The position numbers and the translations under genes were made by a program. The notes under the pieces were generated by a model that was not told the origin of the DNA, did no database searches, and was given only the letters and a program-made list of their open reading frames with translations. This document shows positions 50,182-64,000 of a DNA stretch of 64,000 nucleotides, in pieces (position 1 is the stretch's first letter; every line of letters begins with the position of its first letter). This DNA is from Epiperipatus broadwayi (taxonomy: Eukaryota; Animalia; Onychophora), in the NCBI GenBank assembly GCA_028023455.1, contig JAQFVV010000007.1, positions 10,664,001 through 10,728,000 of the forward strand. Direction: 5' to 3'.

Positions 50182-51857
50182 TTAATGAGATGGGTGCATT
50201 TGGTGATCTGCCAACAATTTATATAGATCCAGTTTTAAATTAGTGAATTGCATTCTCAAATCTTCATGTTCAGTGGTATGTAATCGATGTCTGTTCTGTT
50301 TAAAACTGCACTGAAGCCTTTCTCTGCCAGATATGATGATGAAAATGCCAACAAATATGTTTGTACAATAGTCTATAGAGCTGGATACAGAAGTGAAATA
50401 TCTTGTTGCAGCCAATACCTTGGGATTCTCATTCATGCTGATGGTTATCAGCTCAACTTGCAAAATTATATTTGATTCTTATCCAGTCCAGTATTTCCAA
50501 TGATAGAATATCTTCAAACCTAGTTTTGAAATCTAAACGAAGAGCCTCCAAGCAGTTGATGTTTAGCAAGATGTTTTCTTCTTTAATTGTGCCTATCTTA
50601 AATAAGTTGAGGAACTCGGAAAGCTCAGATCTTGCAACATTTTGCTTAAAAACATTAATCTGGCAACAAAAGCTGATAGGACCAATTTTTATTTGATGAG
50701 ATTCAAATTGTCTCCTTGCAGTTGTAAATTAACATCATTAAATTTGCCAAATAAGTCAGTTAAATAAGCAATATCTATTTTACTCATAAGCAAATTTTTT
50801 TCTCAAACTGGAGTTCTCATCTTCCAAAAACTCTAAAAAAGATTAAAAAGTGCAAAAATTTTTACCAAACATAAATCTTTTGAAAGCAAGCAGATTTTGG
50901 GGGAATCAATCAATAGAAATCTTTATTGCTATCCTTACATAATCATGTGAATAGCCTAGTGTTGAAAGCTTTACTTTAAATTTTGTTCACAGCTGTTAAA
51001 CTGAAGTGATTGATGTAAATGGTCACTAAGATTCTTGGCTACTAAATTCTGCCAATGGATTATGCAGTAAACTGCAAATACTTCAGGTACATGTTATTTC
51101 AGGAAACTTATGCAACTGCAATAATGACCAAACTGTAGCTGATGCTCTACTTGTCACAACAGATATTATGTTTGTCAATAGAATCACTTTTTCTCTGAGA
51201 AATAGCTCCATTAAATTAAAAAATCAATTCACTTCTGGTATCAGTATCTAAAGTTCTAGAAAAAGCAGCTCTCATGCACTTTCTGATCCTGAATAAAGTG
51301 AAAGTATGCCAACAACAAAGTTTCATTACCAGGAAATGTTGATTCATCCAATTGAACAGAAAAAATATTTTTTTTTGCAAATGATTTCACAAACAGTTTT
51401 CCACATCATGACTCATTTAATCGATATATCTTTGAAATGTGTTATTGCTCAAAGGAATCCTTTTTATAACACTTTGTGAAGGTTTATGGAATACAGTGTT
51501 CAATACCTTCATGACAGCTGGTAGAATGAGTTTCTTCCCTATAGTGTGCAGCTCTCATCAGACTTTGCAATAAGTAAGGATGTGTTGTATGATACCCTTA
51601 ATCCGTCATCATTTTTTTTTGATGATAAAATGAACATATTACCTATTGTAGTTTTCTTCAGAGTTTCATCTGTAAGTGATTGAAAGTATGACAATTTTTT
51701 TTTGGCAGGGGGAATTCTGTTTAAATGATCTTCTTGTTTTGATGGTTTCATAGCTTCATTGCTAAAGACATTTCACATATGAGGCACATCAGTAAATGTT
51801 TGTTTGATAATGATGGGACAAGCTGTTTTGTCTGCATTTCGTTTTTGGTTCAGTCAT
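50182..51857 (-). mobile_element. Decayed hAT transposase gene, Buster/Charlie clade
   Basis: MTEPKTKCRQ, VFSNEAMKPS, DDGLRVSYNTSLLIAKS, LILPAV..RIPLSNNT, FSVQLDEST, IAYLTDLFGKFNDVNLQLQG, terminal DLRM..HQMHPSH*; many stops and frameshifts; no terminal inverted repeats found. Confidence 0.9.
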
Positions 51858-53737
51858 ATTATTATCAAAAGAAATAAAAACTTTTACTAACAAACAATTT
51901 TGATAGTCCCTGTGATAAAAAAAACCAATAAATTATGTACTTATGTGGAAGATTTTTGTTCGAACTCAAATAAATAAACTGTGACCTTTTTTTTTCATAG
52001 TACTGCTCATTAATAAATAGTTATATTTAAATTTCAAATCACAAATAAATACATGCCACATCAAACAAACCAATTTGTAGTGTTTTATGAAAGCATGATA
52101 TATAAGATGGATAGATTCTGCAAATATCATCTTATTCCACTATGAGTAAGTATGGACATGCAATGATTTTTCATGTCTACACTTGATTTGATACATTCAA
52201 TAAGACAGTGCACAGAGCTGTTTGTGATGCATATAATTTTATGCATTCTTATGTGTGACTCCTTTAATGATACACTTTACCTTTTCATTCTCAAGTCTGG
52301 TATGTGATGTGTTTTTATCAAAAAAGTGTTTTTTTTTAAGGTATCTACTGGAATCATATATTTTGAAGTAATAAACAAATAGCAGTAGTAAGGGGTCTAT
52401 TTTTGCTGTTATTGACCCTAAATTTTTTTATTGAAACTATCAACTCCTAGAAAGTCAAAATCAACCCCAGAGTGACAATATTTGCCACTTTGAAAACTCT
52501 TGGTCTAGAGAAAATTTTTTGAAGATCATTCATAATCCTTTCTCTCTCTTGCTGTCCATTATTCATAAATTAAAGTTATTTTATAATTATTAGGAAAACA
52601 AATATTACTAAAAATATGAATTTGAAATAAAAATGTGGGGTGCAATTAAAAAATGGTACTCAAATTTGAATTAAAGATGTTTAGAAAAACTTTCCAATAT
52701 AAATTAATCCAGAGTTAATTAACACTTGCAATTTCATAAATGTATTTTATTATTATCACTAAAAAAAGAAAAGAAATGCAGTGTAATAAATGGGTTATCA
52801 AAGGGGGGAAATCTTTAAATGTTTAAAACAATGGCAATGGCATATGATGCTTTTATTGTGGAACAAAAATATAAATAGATTTGCTGAACAGCAGCAGTTT
52901 CTGGTCATAAGCATTGCAGATTGATTCCAAAAAGAAAGAAGAAAAATTGGTCATTACCATAAAAAAAAGCAGATAAGATGAAGGACTACAACAATTCCAA
53001 ATGATGTCCTTATGTGGTAGTTGTTCCAATTTGGCTTCTAGTAGAAAAGGAAGACCTCTAGTTAAAGTATTTTTTATTCCTGTGGTAAAACAGCTCCACA
53101 TCATTGATTAATGTTTAGCTGCTTAAAAGTATTTTTCAATAGTATAAAAATTATGACAATATTTGCTACTTAGAAAAGATTTACCATATGTGTCCAAGGA
53201 AGAAGAGCCAAATCAATTGAACACCTAAAACTATATAATTTTATTCAAATATGAATGTTGATCATGCATAGAATACTACTTTACCTATTTCACATAAAGA
53301 AAACCATATTGAAAAGGAAAAAAGAGAACCCTGACATAAGACCTATCAAGCACTTGCCTATAATGACTCATTTTATTTGTCTATAGCCAAAATAAAGTAA
53401 AATTGATTTTGTACAGACTCTTATCTAAAATATGTATAACAGGTTGGATTGTAAGCTTACAATATTAACAAAACCATGAAAAAAAACATTTATTATATGG
53501 ATAAGATTATATTTATATTCAAATGTAAGTCCTTAAAATTATTATTATGTATTTGAGTACATTTATTCATAATTACATTTAAAACTTTTATTTTTGACTA
53601 TTTGTTAATTTTAAATATTTTTACTCTGTATCAATTTTATTCCATCACTATAACCAGACATGTATGAGCATTTGGGGTATTTGCTAACATATAAGCAACA
53701 TTTTTTTTTATTTATTTGATGTTCATCATAAATAAAT

Positions 53738-54980
53738 TTTTAAGACAATAAAGTCGATTTCTTAAGGTTTTAATAGGTGTATAAATGTACTCTTAAGCTA
53801 TCAATAACCTTAATCTGCAGTCATGGCATGTTTCTTTAACAATTAAGTGGTATCACTTTTATCTATGGTCTGATATGCTTATATTTTAACCTAACCAATG
53901 GGTTTGAGATTATTTTAAACAAACCTCATTAATCAGGCCAATATAATCTGTTCTTAAAGGAGACTACTAAATAGTCAATTATAACTTCCAGATTCTGAAA
54001 ACAGACTAATAAGGAGTCATTTATAATTACCCAATTCCATATCAAATATATATTTACTAAGACAATAAAGCCAATTACTCAATGCTTAAATAGATTTACA
54101 AATATAGCTGATAACACTCAACCCTTAAGCAATCAACAATCTCAACCTATAGTCAAGGCACCCCCCCCCTTTAATAATAAATGTGGCATCATCTTTATCT
54201 ATGGTCTGGTATGTTTATATAGACAGTAAAGATTGAAACTTGACCAAGGAGTGTAAGATTAATAAGGAGATACGTTTAAACAAGTTTCATTAATTAGGCA
54301 CATATAACTTGTTCTGAAAGCAGACTAATAAATAGTCAATTATAACTTCCAGATTATGAAAACAGACTAATAAGTAGTCATCTATAACTTCCTAATTCTA
54401 TATAAAGTTTATATTTACTAAAACAATAAAGATGAATAGGTTTATAAATGTAGATGATAACAATCAACCTTTAAGCTATCAACTATGTCAAGGCAAGCAT
54501 TGGTGGCCTAGTGGTTAGCATAGTTGCCTTCCAAGCTGCTGGCCTGGGTCCACTTCCCAGTCAACACATTTGACATATGAAAAAAAAACTATCAACAATG
54601 CCAAATCTGTAGCCAAGACAATCACTTTTAACAATAAAGATTGTACCACCTTTATTTATGGTCTGATATGTTTATATAGATACTAAAAATTGCAACTTGA
54701 ACAAAGAGTTTGAGATTAATAATGCAAAGAAGTAATAAATTTGGAAGTTATAAATGACTATTTATTAATATGCTTTCAGAACAGATTATATTTGTCTGAA
54801 TAATGAGGTTTGTTTAAACTTCTTTGTATTATTAATCTCAAACTCCTTGGTAAAGGTGCACACTTTCTTATCTATATAAACATACCAGACCTTGGATAAA
54901 GATGGTATCACCTTTATTGTTAAAGGAGGTTGCCTTGACTACGGGTTGAGATTGTTGATTGCTTAATGGTTGTTATCAAA
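53738..54980. repeat. About three tandem 320-360-bp units followed by an inverted partial unit (pseudo-LTR-like array)
   Basis: Anchor ta.gacaataaag at ~53740, ~54058 and ~54419; shared ctttat.tatggtctg.tatg; 54735-54975 is the reverse complement of the unit. Confidence 0.85.
54484..54588 (+). mobile_element. tRNA-Gly(TCC)-derived short SINE inserted in the tandem array
   Basis: GCATTGGTGGCCTAGTGGTTAGCATAGTTGCCTTCCAAGC..CTGGGTCCACTTCCCAGTCAACAC, trailer gacatatg plus A9; direct repeat ctatcaac at 54476-54483 and 54589-54596. Confidence 0.85.
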
Positions 54981-55918
54981 TAAATTATACCTTTTTGTTA
55001 TAAAAATATAATTATTTTGCTGTTTGAACTCATCTTAAATATATTCAATTAATATACACTAACCCTTAGAAATCATCCAATCCCTGGAGAACATGCTGAG
55101 AATCATAGACAATGATTTATCCAGAAGAATTTTTGTATATAGAAAATGATGTCAAGGCTGATTTAAATTGAATCTTGGAAAAAGTTTTTGGAATGATTAG
55201 GATGAATTCAACTTTCTGAATACTGATGTCATTTCAATCATCATTATCACAGTGTTTGTTATATATAATATGAACCTTAATTTTTGGTATTACAGGTATT
55301 ACATGGATATAACCAATATAATATATAATTGAAATTCTAACATCTTGAAATATTTGACTTATGAAGTAACTAACTGATACACATGAAATAAAAAATATAA
55401 CATTTAAGGTGTAAGGTATTGTAATATTTCAAAATGTGGGCAATAAGAAATTAATATATTTTTCAAAAATCCTCAATCAAAATTGTAAAATGTTTATATT
55501 TTATTATTATGTAAAATATTTATATAATTAAATAAAGAACAATAAAAATACTTATTATGTTCTACAATAACAAAACAATGTTGAAAGTAAAAAAAAAAAT
55601 CCTGATTATGGCCGACTATTCTCTTAAGAATTTGGGAAGAAAATAGAGATTTTTTTTTTACTTTTGTACATGATAAAATATGTGCAAATCAACATTTCTC
55701 TCAGATTGTAGTTTCCACCTACAGAAAATTATTGAAGCAATAAAGTGCTACAAACATATTAATGAATATATTTTTAAAAATATGAGCTTTGGCCTAAAAT
55801 AAATATTGGTAGAAAAAACATCAAAGTTTTCATGGAAGCAAACCAAGAATAGCAGCCAATGGTCAACTGCATTAATCAGAAAAGGTTTCAGTTCTTTTAA
55901 ATGAAGGATTTAATACAT

Positions 55919-56355
55919 AATGTGTTTGAAAAAGGTTTTTAATAAATGTGTTTTACCAGTTCTTATTTATGGATCTGAGACTTGGACACTTATTAGAAGA
56001 TCAATACAGAGACTTTAGACCACTCAAAAAAGTATGGAGAGATGCATGTTGAGAGTAACAAGTAGAGATCTAAACACAATATATGGGTAAGAGAACAAAC
56101 AGCTGTTACTGACCTCATTGAATAAATTAAAAGACTGAAATGGAGTTGGTCTGGACATATTGCTAGAAGAGATGATAATACATGGACAATTGAAATCTTA
56201 AATTGGATTCAAAGATATTGTAAAAGATCCAGAAAGAGACCACATTTGAGATGGAAAATAGTGTGCAGGGGTGATGTGGAGAAGATAAGCTAAAAATTAG
56301 AAAAGATAGATTGAACTTGGAGAGACCTTCATCAGTGGATTGATAATGATGATGA
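55919..56355 (+). mobile_element. RTE 3' fragment
   Basis: Collinear with 17480-17949, small deletions, gatgatga tail. Confidence 0.92.
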
Positions 56356-57544
56356 CTGAGAATATAAGCTTGCACAGAAACAAACTCCAATGTGTAAACC
56401 ATAATAATAGTTTATGACATATATAATGGAATATTTTCAGAAATTTGTAAATAGTTCTTCCTTTCTTGTATTAATATTCTAATTTTATACTCAATTTTCA
56501 TTTTCATATATGACAAATAAATTAATAATTGGCACTCAAAAGGATAAAACTTTGCATTAATGATAATCTTCTTAAAGTTTTAATCATATTAGTTTAAAGT
56601 TTCAAATAACATATAAAATTTAAATTCCACAAATGTTAATAGGCCTGTATCAAGCACATTAATCTAACAAAATTTTAAATAATAGGCATTTCTTTTATCA
56701 ATTATTTATTTACATTATTATATGGGCAATAAATAACAAATCAATGTCATTGAAAGAGAATGAAGCTTTACAATAAAGATGACTCTTTTAAAGTATTAAC
56801 TAATTCCAGCTTACTGTTTCAAAACAACATTGAAATGGTATATTACTGACAGACTACCCCATAATTCCATCTGTGCTAGCTTTAAACCTTCTTGAGTACA
56901 TCTATATCAGCTAAACATAGTTACATATGTATCAGCACACATATATAGGTGAGTAACAGGCTGTTATATATTATTGGTTTATGTATATTACAGCTTGTCC
57001 ATATTTAAAAAAATAGATCTTTCTAAAATTATAGACTTATTTATTAAAAAGAAATCAATTCATTAATTTTCATTGAGAATTATTAATATATGTATAAAAT
57101 CCACCTAGTACCAGAATACATATATAATGAAATGTTTAAAAGATTTGCTAAAGTTAAATTAAAATGTTGTCAATAAAAATCACACCATGCACCTGGTTTT
57201 AAAATGTGTATAGGATAAGTTTCTAAATATATATTTTTGTAATAACCTTTTCAAAACTGTAACTTAGTCAATAACAAAGCATTGAGCCAGTACTATTTTA
57301 GATCCTTTTGGGAATAAAGGTAGCCAAACCAAGCTAAAATTATATGACTTAAAAATTAAACTAATAGTTGAGATTCACCCCACTGTTAATCCATCTTGTA
57401 AAAAATAATATAGGATTTAAAATTAGTATAAATAGCCTATATTTTGATACTTAAAGATATTCTATAAAATCATATGTGTGTTGCTATTTGAATCTATGCC
57501 CATTTGAATTTTTTAATGAATGAGTAGGAGAGCCATAGATTTCC

Positions 57545-59141
57545 CATTTCTTCCTGCAGAAAAATGGTCATCTCCAACTCTATCCTACAGCTGCCACAGA
57601 ATATAATCATCATTACTGGGATGGAGAGTTTCTGACCACAGCCTGCTGATGAAAGAAGTCTCTATCACCCAGAAACCTATCCAAAGAAGAATGCCATAAA
57701 ACCTACCTGCAAGTGTCTGAAGTTCAAGCTGTAGAAGAGATTGGTAATATTCTTCATAAACTGCAGAGCTCTGTAAATTAATCTTTAAACTATAAATTAA
57801 ATATTAAGCTAGGTTATGTAAATTAATGAATGTTCAATCTAATTATTAATTTCCTTTTTAAATTAAATCACTTTTAAACTTAAAAGTGTAAAACTTGCCT
57901 GAACCTTAATTAATGTAATTCATTTCTTAATATAAATAACTAATCAGTTATTATTTAAATTCTTTATAAACTGCAATCATGCCTATCATTACTGTTTTAA
58001 TTATTTCATTTTCATTTATTTTAATATATGTTATGATATGCCAATATTTCGAGGCAGTGAATAATTATTTAGTAAACTTTTAAGGAGAGATCATTATTAA
58101 GCCTTCCAACATAATATTTAAGAATGCCTCTTAGCATAGTAATGCTGCTTCAAAATCCTATTCTGATAGACAACAACTGATTGCTACACACTCTTTGTTA
58201 TCATTATTTTATTTAGATTATAATTTATTAAGGTTTGCATAACAAGTTATTAAACTTATGATTTTATCTGTTAGTTAGAAGTAAGATGCTAGCTAAGGAT
58301 GATATTAAAAGTATATTTTAAATGTTATAAGACCATTGGATATACTTTCTTTTCCCTAACTTAATTATGAATATATATGTATACAGATTCAGTGTATTAA
58401 CTGGATTAATGATTTAGTTAGCCCTTTTACTTACATGATCACTATATGTTAATCTAAGAACTGGATTGAGTTAGTTTTAGCAGATATAAACTATCTATTT
58501 AGGTGCATTAATTAATTATCTCTATATATACATATTGGTATTACTTACACATTGTGTGTCTTTATTAAACATCAAGCATATATTAATGTCTTGTTATGTC
58601 TTCTTGATGGGCTAGTGATAGTGGCGACTCCTATCCACATACAATTTGGATGGCTATCACTTAGAACTGGAACACAAGGGTGCAGACCATGTTAAAAGCT
58701 TATGCAACTTTTCAAACTGAAATGTTCTTATACTAGCAAGCCATTCACTCTTAGGGAGCTGAGTATTTGATACTGAAGCCCATGAAGAATTACTCTTTTG
58801 CACTGCAACTTTCATTTTAGTATTTTATTAGCATTATAGTCTATAGATGCGAGCTTAAAAGTAACCAGTTCTTTTACTTATTATTAATGCTTTGGCATTA
58901 GTCTGAACCCATAATCTAGGTTACTAGGTTGAATCTGTATATTGAGCTTATTAAATTGCTCATTTGTTAATGTATTTATAACATTCAGCTTAGTGCTATA
59001 TAATAATCATCCTGGCTAGAGTTTTAACTTATAACACTGGCAAATCAAACAAAGAATAGTTTGGCATATCAGAATGATTTATTCTCAAGATGAGACCACT
59101 GCTTTAAATTAATGGCATCATTTCTGTAATATCTCTGTGTG

Positions 59142-59211
<70 letters not shown>

Positions 59212-59640
59212 TAACACTAAATAATTAATGGTCTTTGTTTTACTTGAATTATTTTATCAATTGTTTTAATAAACCTATTTACAATTGTAAGTTGTTTCAC
59301 ATCTTTTACTCGCAATCCAACTCCAAGTTATCCAAATTCTTAATTTTATATGTATAATATGCATTCTTTTAGTTAAGAATTAGTGTATTAAGTAGTTTAT
59401 TTAGATTTTTAATTATATTTAAAATTGTTAATTATTCCCTGAGACTCACATTTTCCCCTTTGCTCAGTCAGCTCACTGAAGAAATTGAGACTGAGTGTTA
59501 TCTCAGAAATGTCATTCATATGGTGTTAAACCATGGAGTTCTGATAAATGAGTTGAAGTTTGGTCAGATTCGAGGTCTCACCTCATTATCTTAATCAGCT
59601 TTGATGTATTTTTCCTGGATTATGGATATTGTTATGTGAA
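57545..59640 (+). pseudogene. Heavily decayed I/Jockey-group LINE remnant, interrupted
   Basis: Motif-like pieces in LINE order: QLPQNIII/NHHYW and SLYHPET..NAI..TC (APE endonuclease, ~57590-57715); KPFTLREL..LKPMK (~58740); MRPLL (~59090); FSPLL..VLINELK (~59455-59560). Confidence 0.45.
59147..59209. repeat. (TA)n microsatellite
   Basis: About 31 units. Confidence 0.95.
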
Positions 59641-60029
59641 TGTACATATATGACCATTACAACATTTAAGATTTAAATTCTAATAATTTTAGGATGTTCA
59701 TAAATATTCAATAACTATTAAATTCTTAGCAATAATATAATTATTATTTTAGGAAAAAACTAACACTGATGACTGATTTATATATTTCCCATATGTTCAT
59801 GTGGTATATAAATAAAAGTGGACCATTTTTTGTATAACTAATGAGTTATCATTAATACAAGAAAATAGTCATTATTTAACAGTTTGTTAAAATGATACTA
59901 TTAGAGTATAACTTAAAAATTATGGATTACGTATTGAATTTATGTCATATAGTGATAAAAGCACAATTACTGTAGTCATCAAAAGCATTTATCAAAATAA
60001 TGTTAATAGAAAAACAAAGGAATAAGCAT

Positions 60030-60472
60030 ATGGTCAAAATGTAGATTACTGAAACTTTGATATGGTCCATTGCAGTATATGGATATGTCATAGACATTGA
60101 AGCAGCAAGAGAGAACAAATATTGATGCTTTTGAAATGGTTATAGAAGGATTTTTGCCCTATCTTGGACAGATAAAAAAATTACTATATGGGTTTGAAGA
60201 AGGTAGCTATATAAAGACAAATGTTGGGGGGAGTTAAACAATGGAAATTAAAATGTTTTGGATATATGGCAAAACTGATTTACATACATGAAAAGGATCA
60301 AGAGGAAGAGGATGCCTATGATTCTTATGGATGGATAATTTATGGAATGGAAAGGATTGTCAATATTGGAATCACAAAGGAAAGCAAAAAAAAAAAAAGA
60401 ATAGGCTGGAGACATTTCATTCACATTGTCACCGATCATCAAATTAACAGAATAGGTGGATGATAATGATGT
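60030..60472 (+). mobile_element. Decayed RTE-like LINE 3' fragment (distinct subfamily)
   Basis: LIWSIAVYG..TLKQQERTNIDAFEM..MLGGVKQWKLKCFGYMA..GRIVNIG; gatgataatgatg tail. Confidence 0.7.
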
Positions 60473-60924
60473 ATCAAAGTTAATTCTCCATAAAAATGTT
60501 ATATTCTCAGTGCTACATATGGCTTATTGAAATTTATTAGAATTTAAAATTTAAATATTATTTGGTGTTATAGCTAACTTGATTAATACATTAAGCAGAC
60601 TGCCACTAATACACAGTTTTATCTCTGATGAAGTCAGTGATTGATTTATGTACCATTTAACAGTATAGTAGTTAGATAAAAATGGACGATTTTTTTGTTT
60701 AAGTAATAAGTTAATATTGATATAGAAGAGGGAGTATTATATACAACACTATTGAAGTCTGACTTGGAAATTATTATTAAAGATTGGATGTAATGAAGTT
60801 AATTTATTTCTAAAACATAATATGTATATAATTTTAATAAGCTTTTATATTTTTCAGAAAAAAATATGTGAAGTAGATGAATGAAATAAGGAAAATTCAC
60901 AGGTGTGAAAAGGGTAAGATAGGC

Positions 60925-61113
60925 TATTCCATCAATTTAATTTTAGAATACTAAAAAATTTAATGATAATTGCATCCTTAAAATATCATCCTCATCATTT
61001 TTAATCTTTATCAATTCACTGTATGGTGAAAATTGAAAATGATGAGAATGACATTTTAAGGATGTAAATTGTCATTAAAATTTCTCATATTCTAAAATTG
61101 AATTGATAGAATA
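60925..61113. repeat. MITE-like palindrome (~80-bp arms)
   Basis: tattccatcaatttaattttagaata..catccttaaaatatcatcctcatcatttt pairs with aaaatgatgagaatgacattttaaggatg..tattctaaaattgaattgatagaata. Confidence 0.8.
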
Positions 61114-61591
61114 AATTGATATCAAGAATGGCAAATCACTATCAATGATGAGCAAGTCCTAAGTATCTTATTACTCTGTCTACCATTGAGAAGAAAACTC
61201 AACCTTATGTATTTATCTGTATACCTTCCTACCTACCATCTATTTATCTAACATAATACCTCCCTCTCTTTTTTTTCTCTAAATACTTAGCTATCTACCT
61301 ACCCATCTATCTAATTTTTAACCATCTACCCATCCATCCCTTCATCCATATCTACCTATTCACCTACCCACTAGTACTACTACCCAACTATTCTAATTTG
61401 CCTATCTACCTCTCTACTATCTGCCTACCTACCTATCAATCCACCAGTTTATCTACCTATAAATGTATGTATGTATCTATTTATCTGTCCATCCATCCAT
61501 CCACCAACCTACTCACTTACCCACCAATCAAACTTACCTACCTACTTAACTATTTGCTCACCATCTACCTATCTATCTCCTGACTTACCTG

Positions 61592-61780
<189 letters not shown>

Positions 61781-64000
61781 CATTGAACCATCTACTCATC
61801 TATAATACCTACTTACCTATACATCTATTCGTCTATCTCGCTGACTACTTAATTACTTGCCTTTCTGTCTCTGTATCTACCTTTCTACCTACTTGTCGCT
61901 GAGTAAAAATCTTTCAATTGGTGAATAAGCCGTATATTTTTTTAATGCCGTAGTAAAATAAAAAATTAAAAGTTTGATTACCAACAAACTTAAATTTAAA
62001 TATTCAAAAGTAGTCATCTTTCACTATTTCTTCTTTGAGGAATTCTAGAGTGATATTTGTCATTCAGTGGGATATTTAAAATCTGTTTCGCATTTTAGCT
62101 CTGTATATGTACAAATATTGTAATTATTAAGCTGGCGTATCAAGATTATATATAAAAACGTAAAATATTCGCAGTAAATTAAGATTTAATATAATTTTTA
62201 TTTATGGAATTCTTTTTGTGTGTGTGTGTGTGTGTTTTTTACTTTTCCTTTCATTTTTTTGTGTGTTTTATTCTATTAATTTTCCTTCCGATAATCTTTT
62301 GATAAATGGTAAAACTTTGAGTTAGAAATAACTTTGTGACAGAAACATTTATTCCTCAGTGTGGAATAATAGAAAATTGCTAGATTTTTATTGCAGTGGC
62401 TATCAAGGGGAAGCATGTTGTCTATCAAATCTTAAGCAGGGTTTCAGATGGATTTTTTTTTACTCCCTGGTAATGAATGATAAGATTTGTGACTTATTTA
62501 GATGAGGATGAGGTGGAGGTTATTTGGGAATTTTTGGCGCGCCAACAGGACAACATTTCCACTTATCAATTTTGATTGTTGACATTCGTCAAGTCCACTG
62601 GGACTGGTCATGGTTAACGAAAATTTTTATTATAAAAAAGATATAGAAATAACTATAAAATCATATTGTTAAATGTCAATTTTATGTTATTTTAAATAGC
62701 TATCAATTTATAAATGTGTTAAAATATTATTATAGTTTGATTTATAAGTGTCAAACTTGGTGGATTTACATCTTTGACACCATCTATTTCTTATAAACAC
62801 AATAATGACTATAAACTATCATTTATTAGTCGAGATTATAAGCTCGAAATCCACTTAAAGATTAATAAATGTATTTTTTTAATTGAACATAAATACATTC
62901 AACATCATCTATCGTATTCCATGCACAAAATCATGTCAAATGCTATTTTTATGTTGTTTTAATATTAATAATAACTTAGAACTGTACAGTGAAACCGTGA
63001 ACTATGCTATACAGTTCTACATGTCTGCTTTATCTGAAGGATTGGAAAAAGATTTATTCCCATTTATTAGAATATCAATCTTTTTAACATTCACCCTTGA
63101 GTGTATAAGATGTCACCTATATTTTAATCAGTTGTCTGGGAAATTGGATTCAATATTTTACAATAAAATTGGAAAAATTAAAAATAGAGACCAAACAATT
63201 GCTCCACCAAACATAGTTGCAGCCACATGGAGCCTAATCAAGCTTTAAACCCCAATAGAACAGCAATATTGATACTAGTGGAAGGCTAAAAGTTCAAGGT
63301 CTATCACAGTGACAATATAATGATGGAGTTAAATTCTGGGACTTAACAATGGACAGTTCAAAGTAAGTTTTTTCTGATGGTAGTGTCATGAATGTGGGCT
63401 TGGAACTTGTCTGTGAATAAATTGTAATTATTGTTGTGTGAAGGTTGTTGGATTGTATTCAAATTTAAAATATGTAAACACATTTTGCATCTTATTAGAT
63501 TTTGTTAAAAGTACATGAGTTCAATTATATGTTAAACAATTACAACATAAGAAGTGTAAATAAACAAAGACAATGTAAACAAATAAATAAAAAACAATTA
63601 TTGAAATTCATAAACTTATTAAATGTTACAAATCTCGTTTAGTATGCGATCTTTTTGTCTCACTAAATATAACAGTCTCAAATCTCATATGTGAATTTTT
63701 TAAAATATGTTTTCTGCATGATTTAAGTATAATTTGTTGGTACATTTAGACATTTTTTTCATTGTAGTTGTTTTTTAAAAATACGTTTTATATGCCATAC
63801 ATATGAACATATTTTTAGTAAAATATATTGTGGTACAATGAACAATAAACAGAAACAAAATTTTTAATTAAATAAGGTGTCTCTAAAACACCCAAACTTA
63901 TAAGTAAAGTAAGGGATAATTTTTTGATTAAAATTGAAAAGTCTTAAGTCCATGATTAAATGATATGAATTGTAAAAATGTTATTGCTGTATTTATTGTG

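Noticed and set aside
53952-54392. 42-nt repeats as a CRISPR array
   Set aside because: Eukaryotic context, adjacent repeats without unique spacers, and no cas genes.
54496-54570. Functional tRNA-Gly gene (also 7071-7150 and 47505-47586)
   Set aside because: T-loop/B box and stems are mutated, and poly-A tails (with TSD-like repeats at two of the three copies) indicate retroposed copies.
57560-57760. Plus-strand frame with tandem TGA TGA (57647-57652), suggesting a selenoprotein exon
   Set aside because: No selenoprotein motif or SECIS recognised; neighbouring frames carry LINE endonuclease-like fragments, so decay is the simpler explanation.
57707-57770. 64-nt minus-strand exon-like segment (SSAVYEEYYQSLLQLELQTLA) with good splice sites
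   Set aside because: It overlaps the putative LINE remnant on the opposite strand and has no phase-compatible partner exon. RNA-seq could revive it.
59476-59513. CTGAAGA..TGAGA/TCTCA..GAAATGTC hammerhead-like string
   Set aside because: Helix I does not pair, three extra bases precede helix II, and it lies within an RT-like frame.
62883-63248. 121-aa plus-strand ORF
   Set aside because: No recognisable domain or canonical ATG start; the opposite strand has a weak LINE-like SNPSDKADM motif.

Overview
AT-rich, CpG-depleted eukaryotic (probably invertebrate) genomic DNA made mostly of decayed mobile elements. I could not name any host gene; the best candidate is one 143-nt minus-strand exon (20172-20314). 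Recognisable content: (1) an RTE-clade LINE family with (TGA)n/(GAT)n tails. It has two long disabled copies (2338-4218, 15545-17949) and many 3' fragments, and one copy ends in a ~296-bp fold-back inverted duplication. (2) Several Penelope-like elements (PLE: RT plus GIY-YIG). (3) Remnants of Buster/Charlie-type hAT, mariner-like and Merlin-like transposases, and older LINEs. (4) A ~105-bp tRNA-Gly-derived SINE. (5) Microsatellites. The most notable signal is a set of small fold-back elements from at least three unrelated sequence families. Their arms read outward through a minimal type I hammerhead ribozyme core, and in two of the three families go on to AATAAA. One family fuses a tRNA-like Pol III head (A/B box) to the hammerhead tail. 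A U3-A8 variant hammerhead lies in a Penelope terminal repeat at 19872-19913. All alignments, folds and translations were done by eye; no database search was run.
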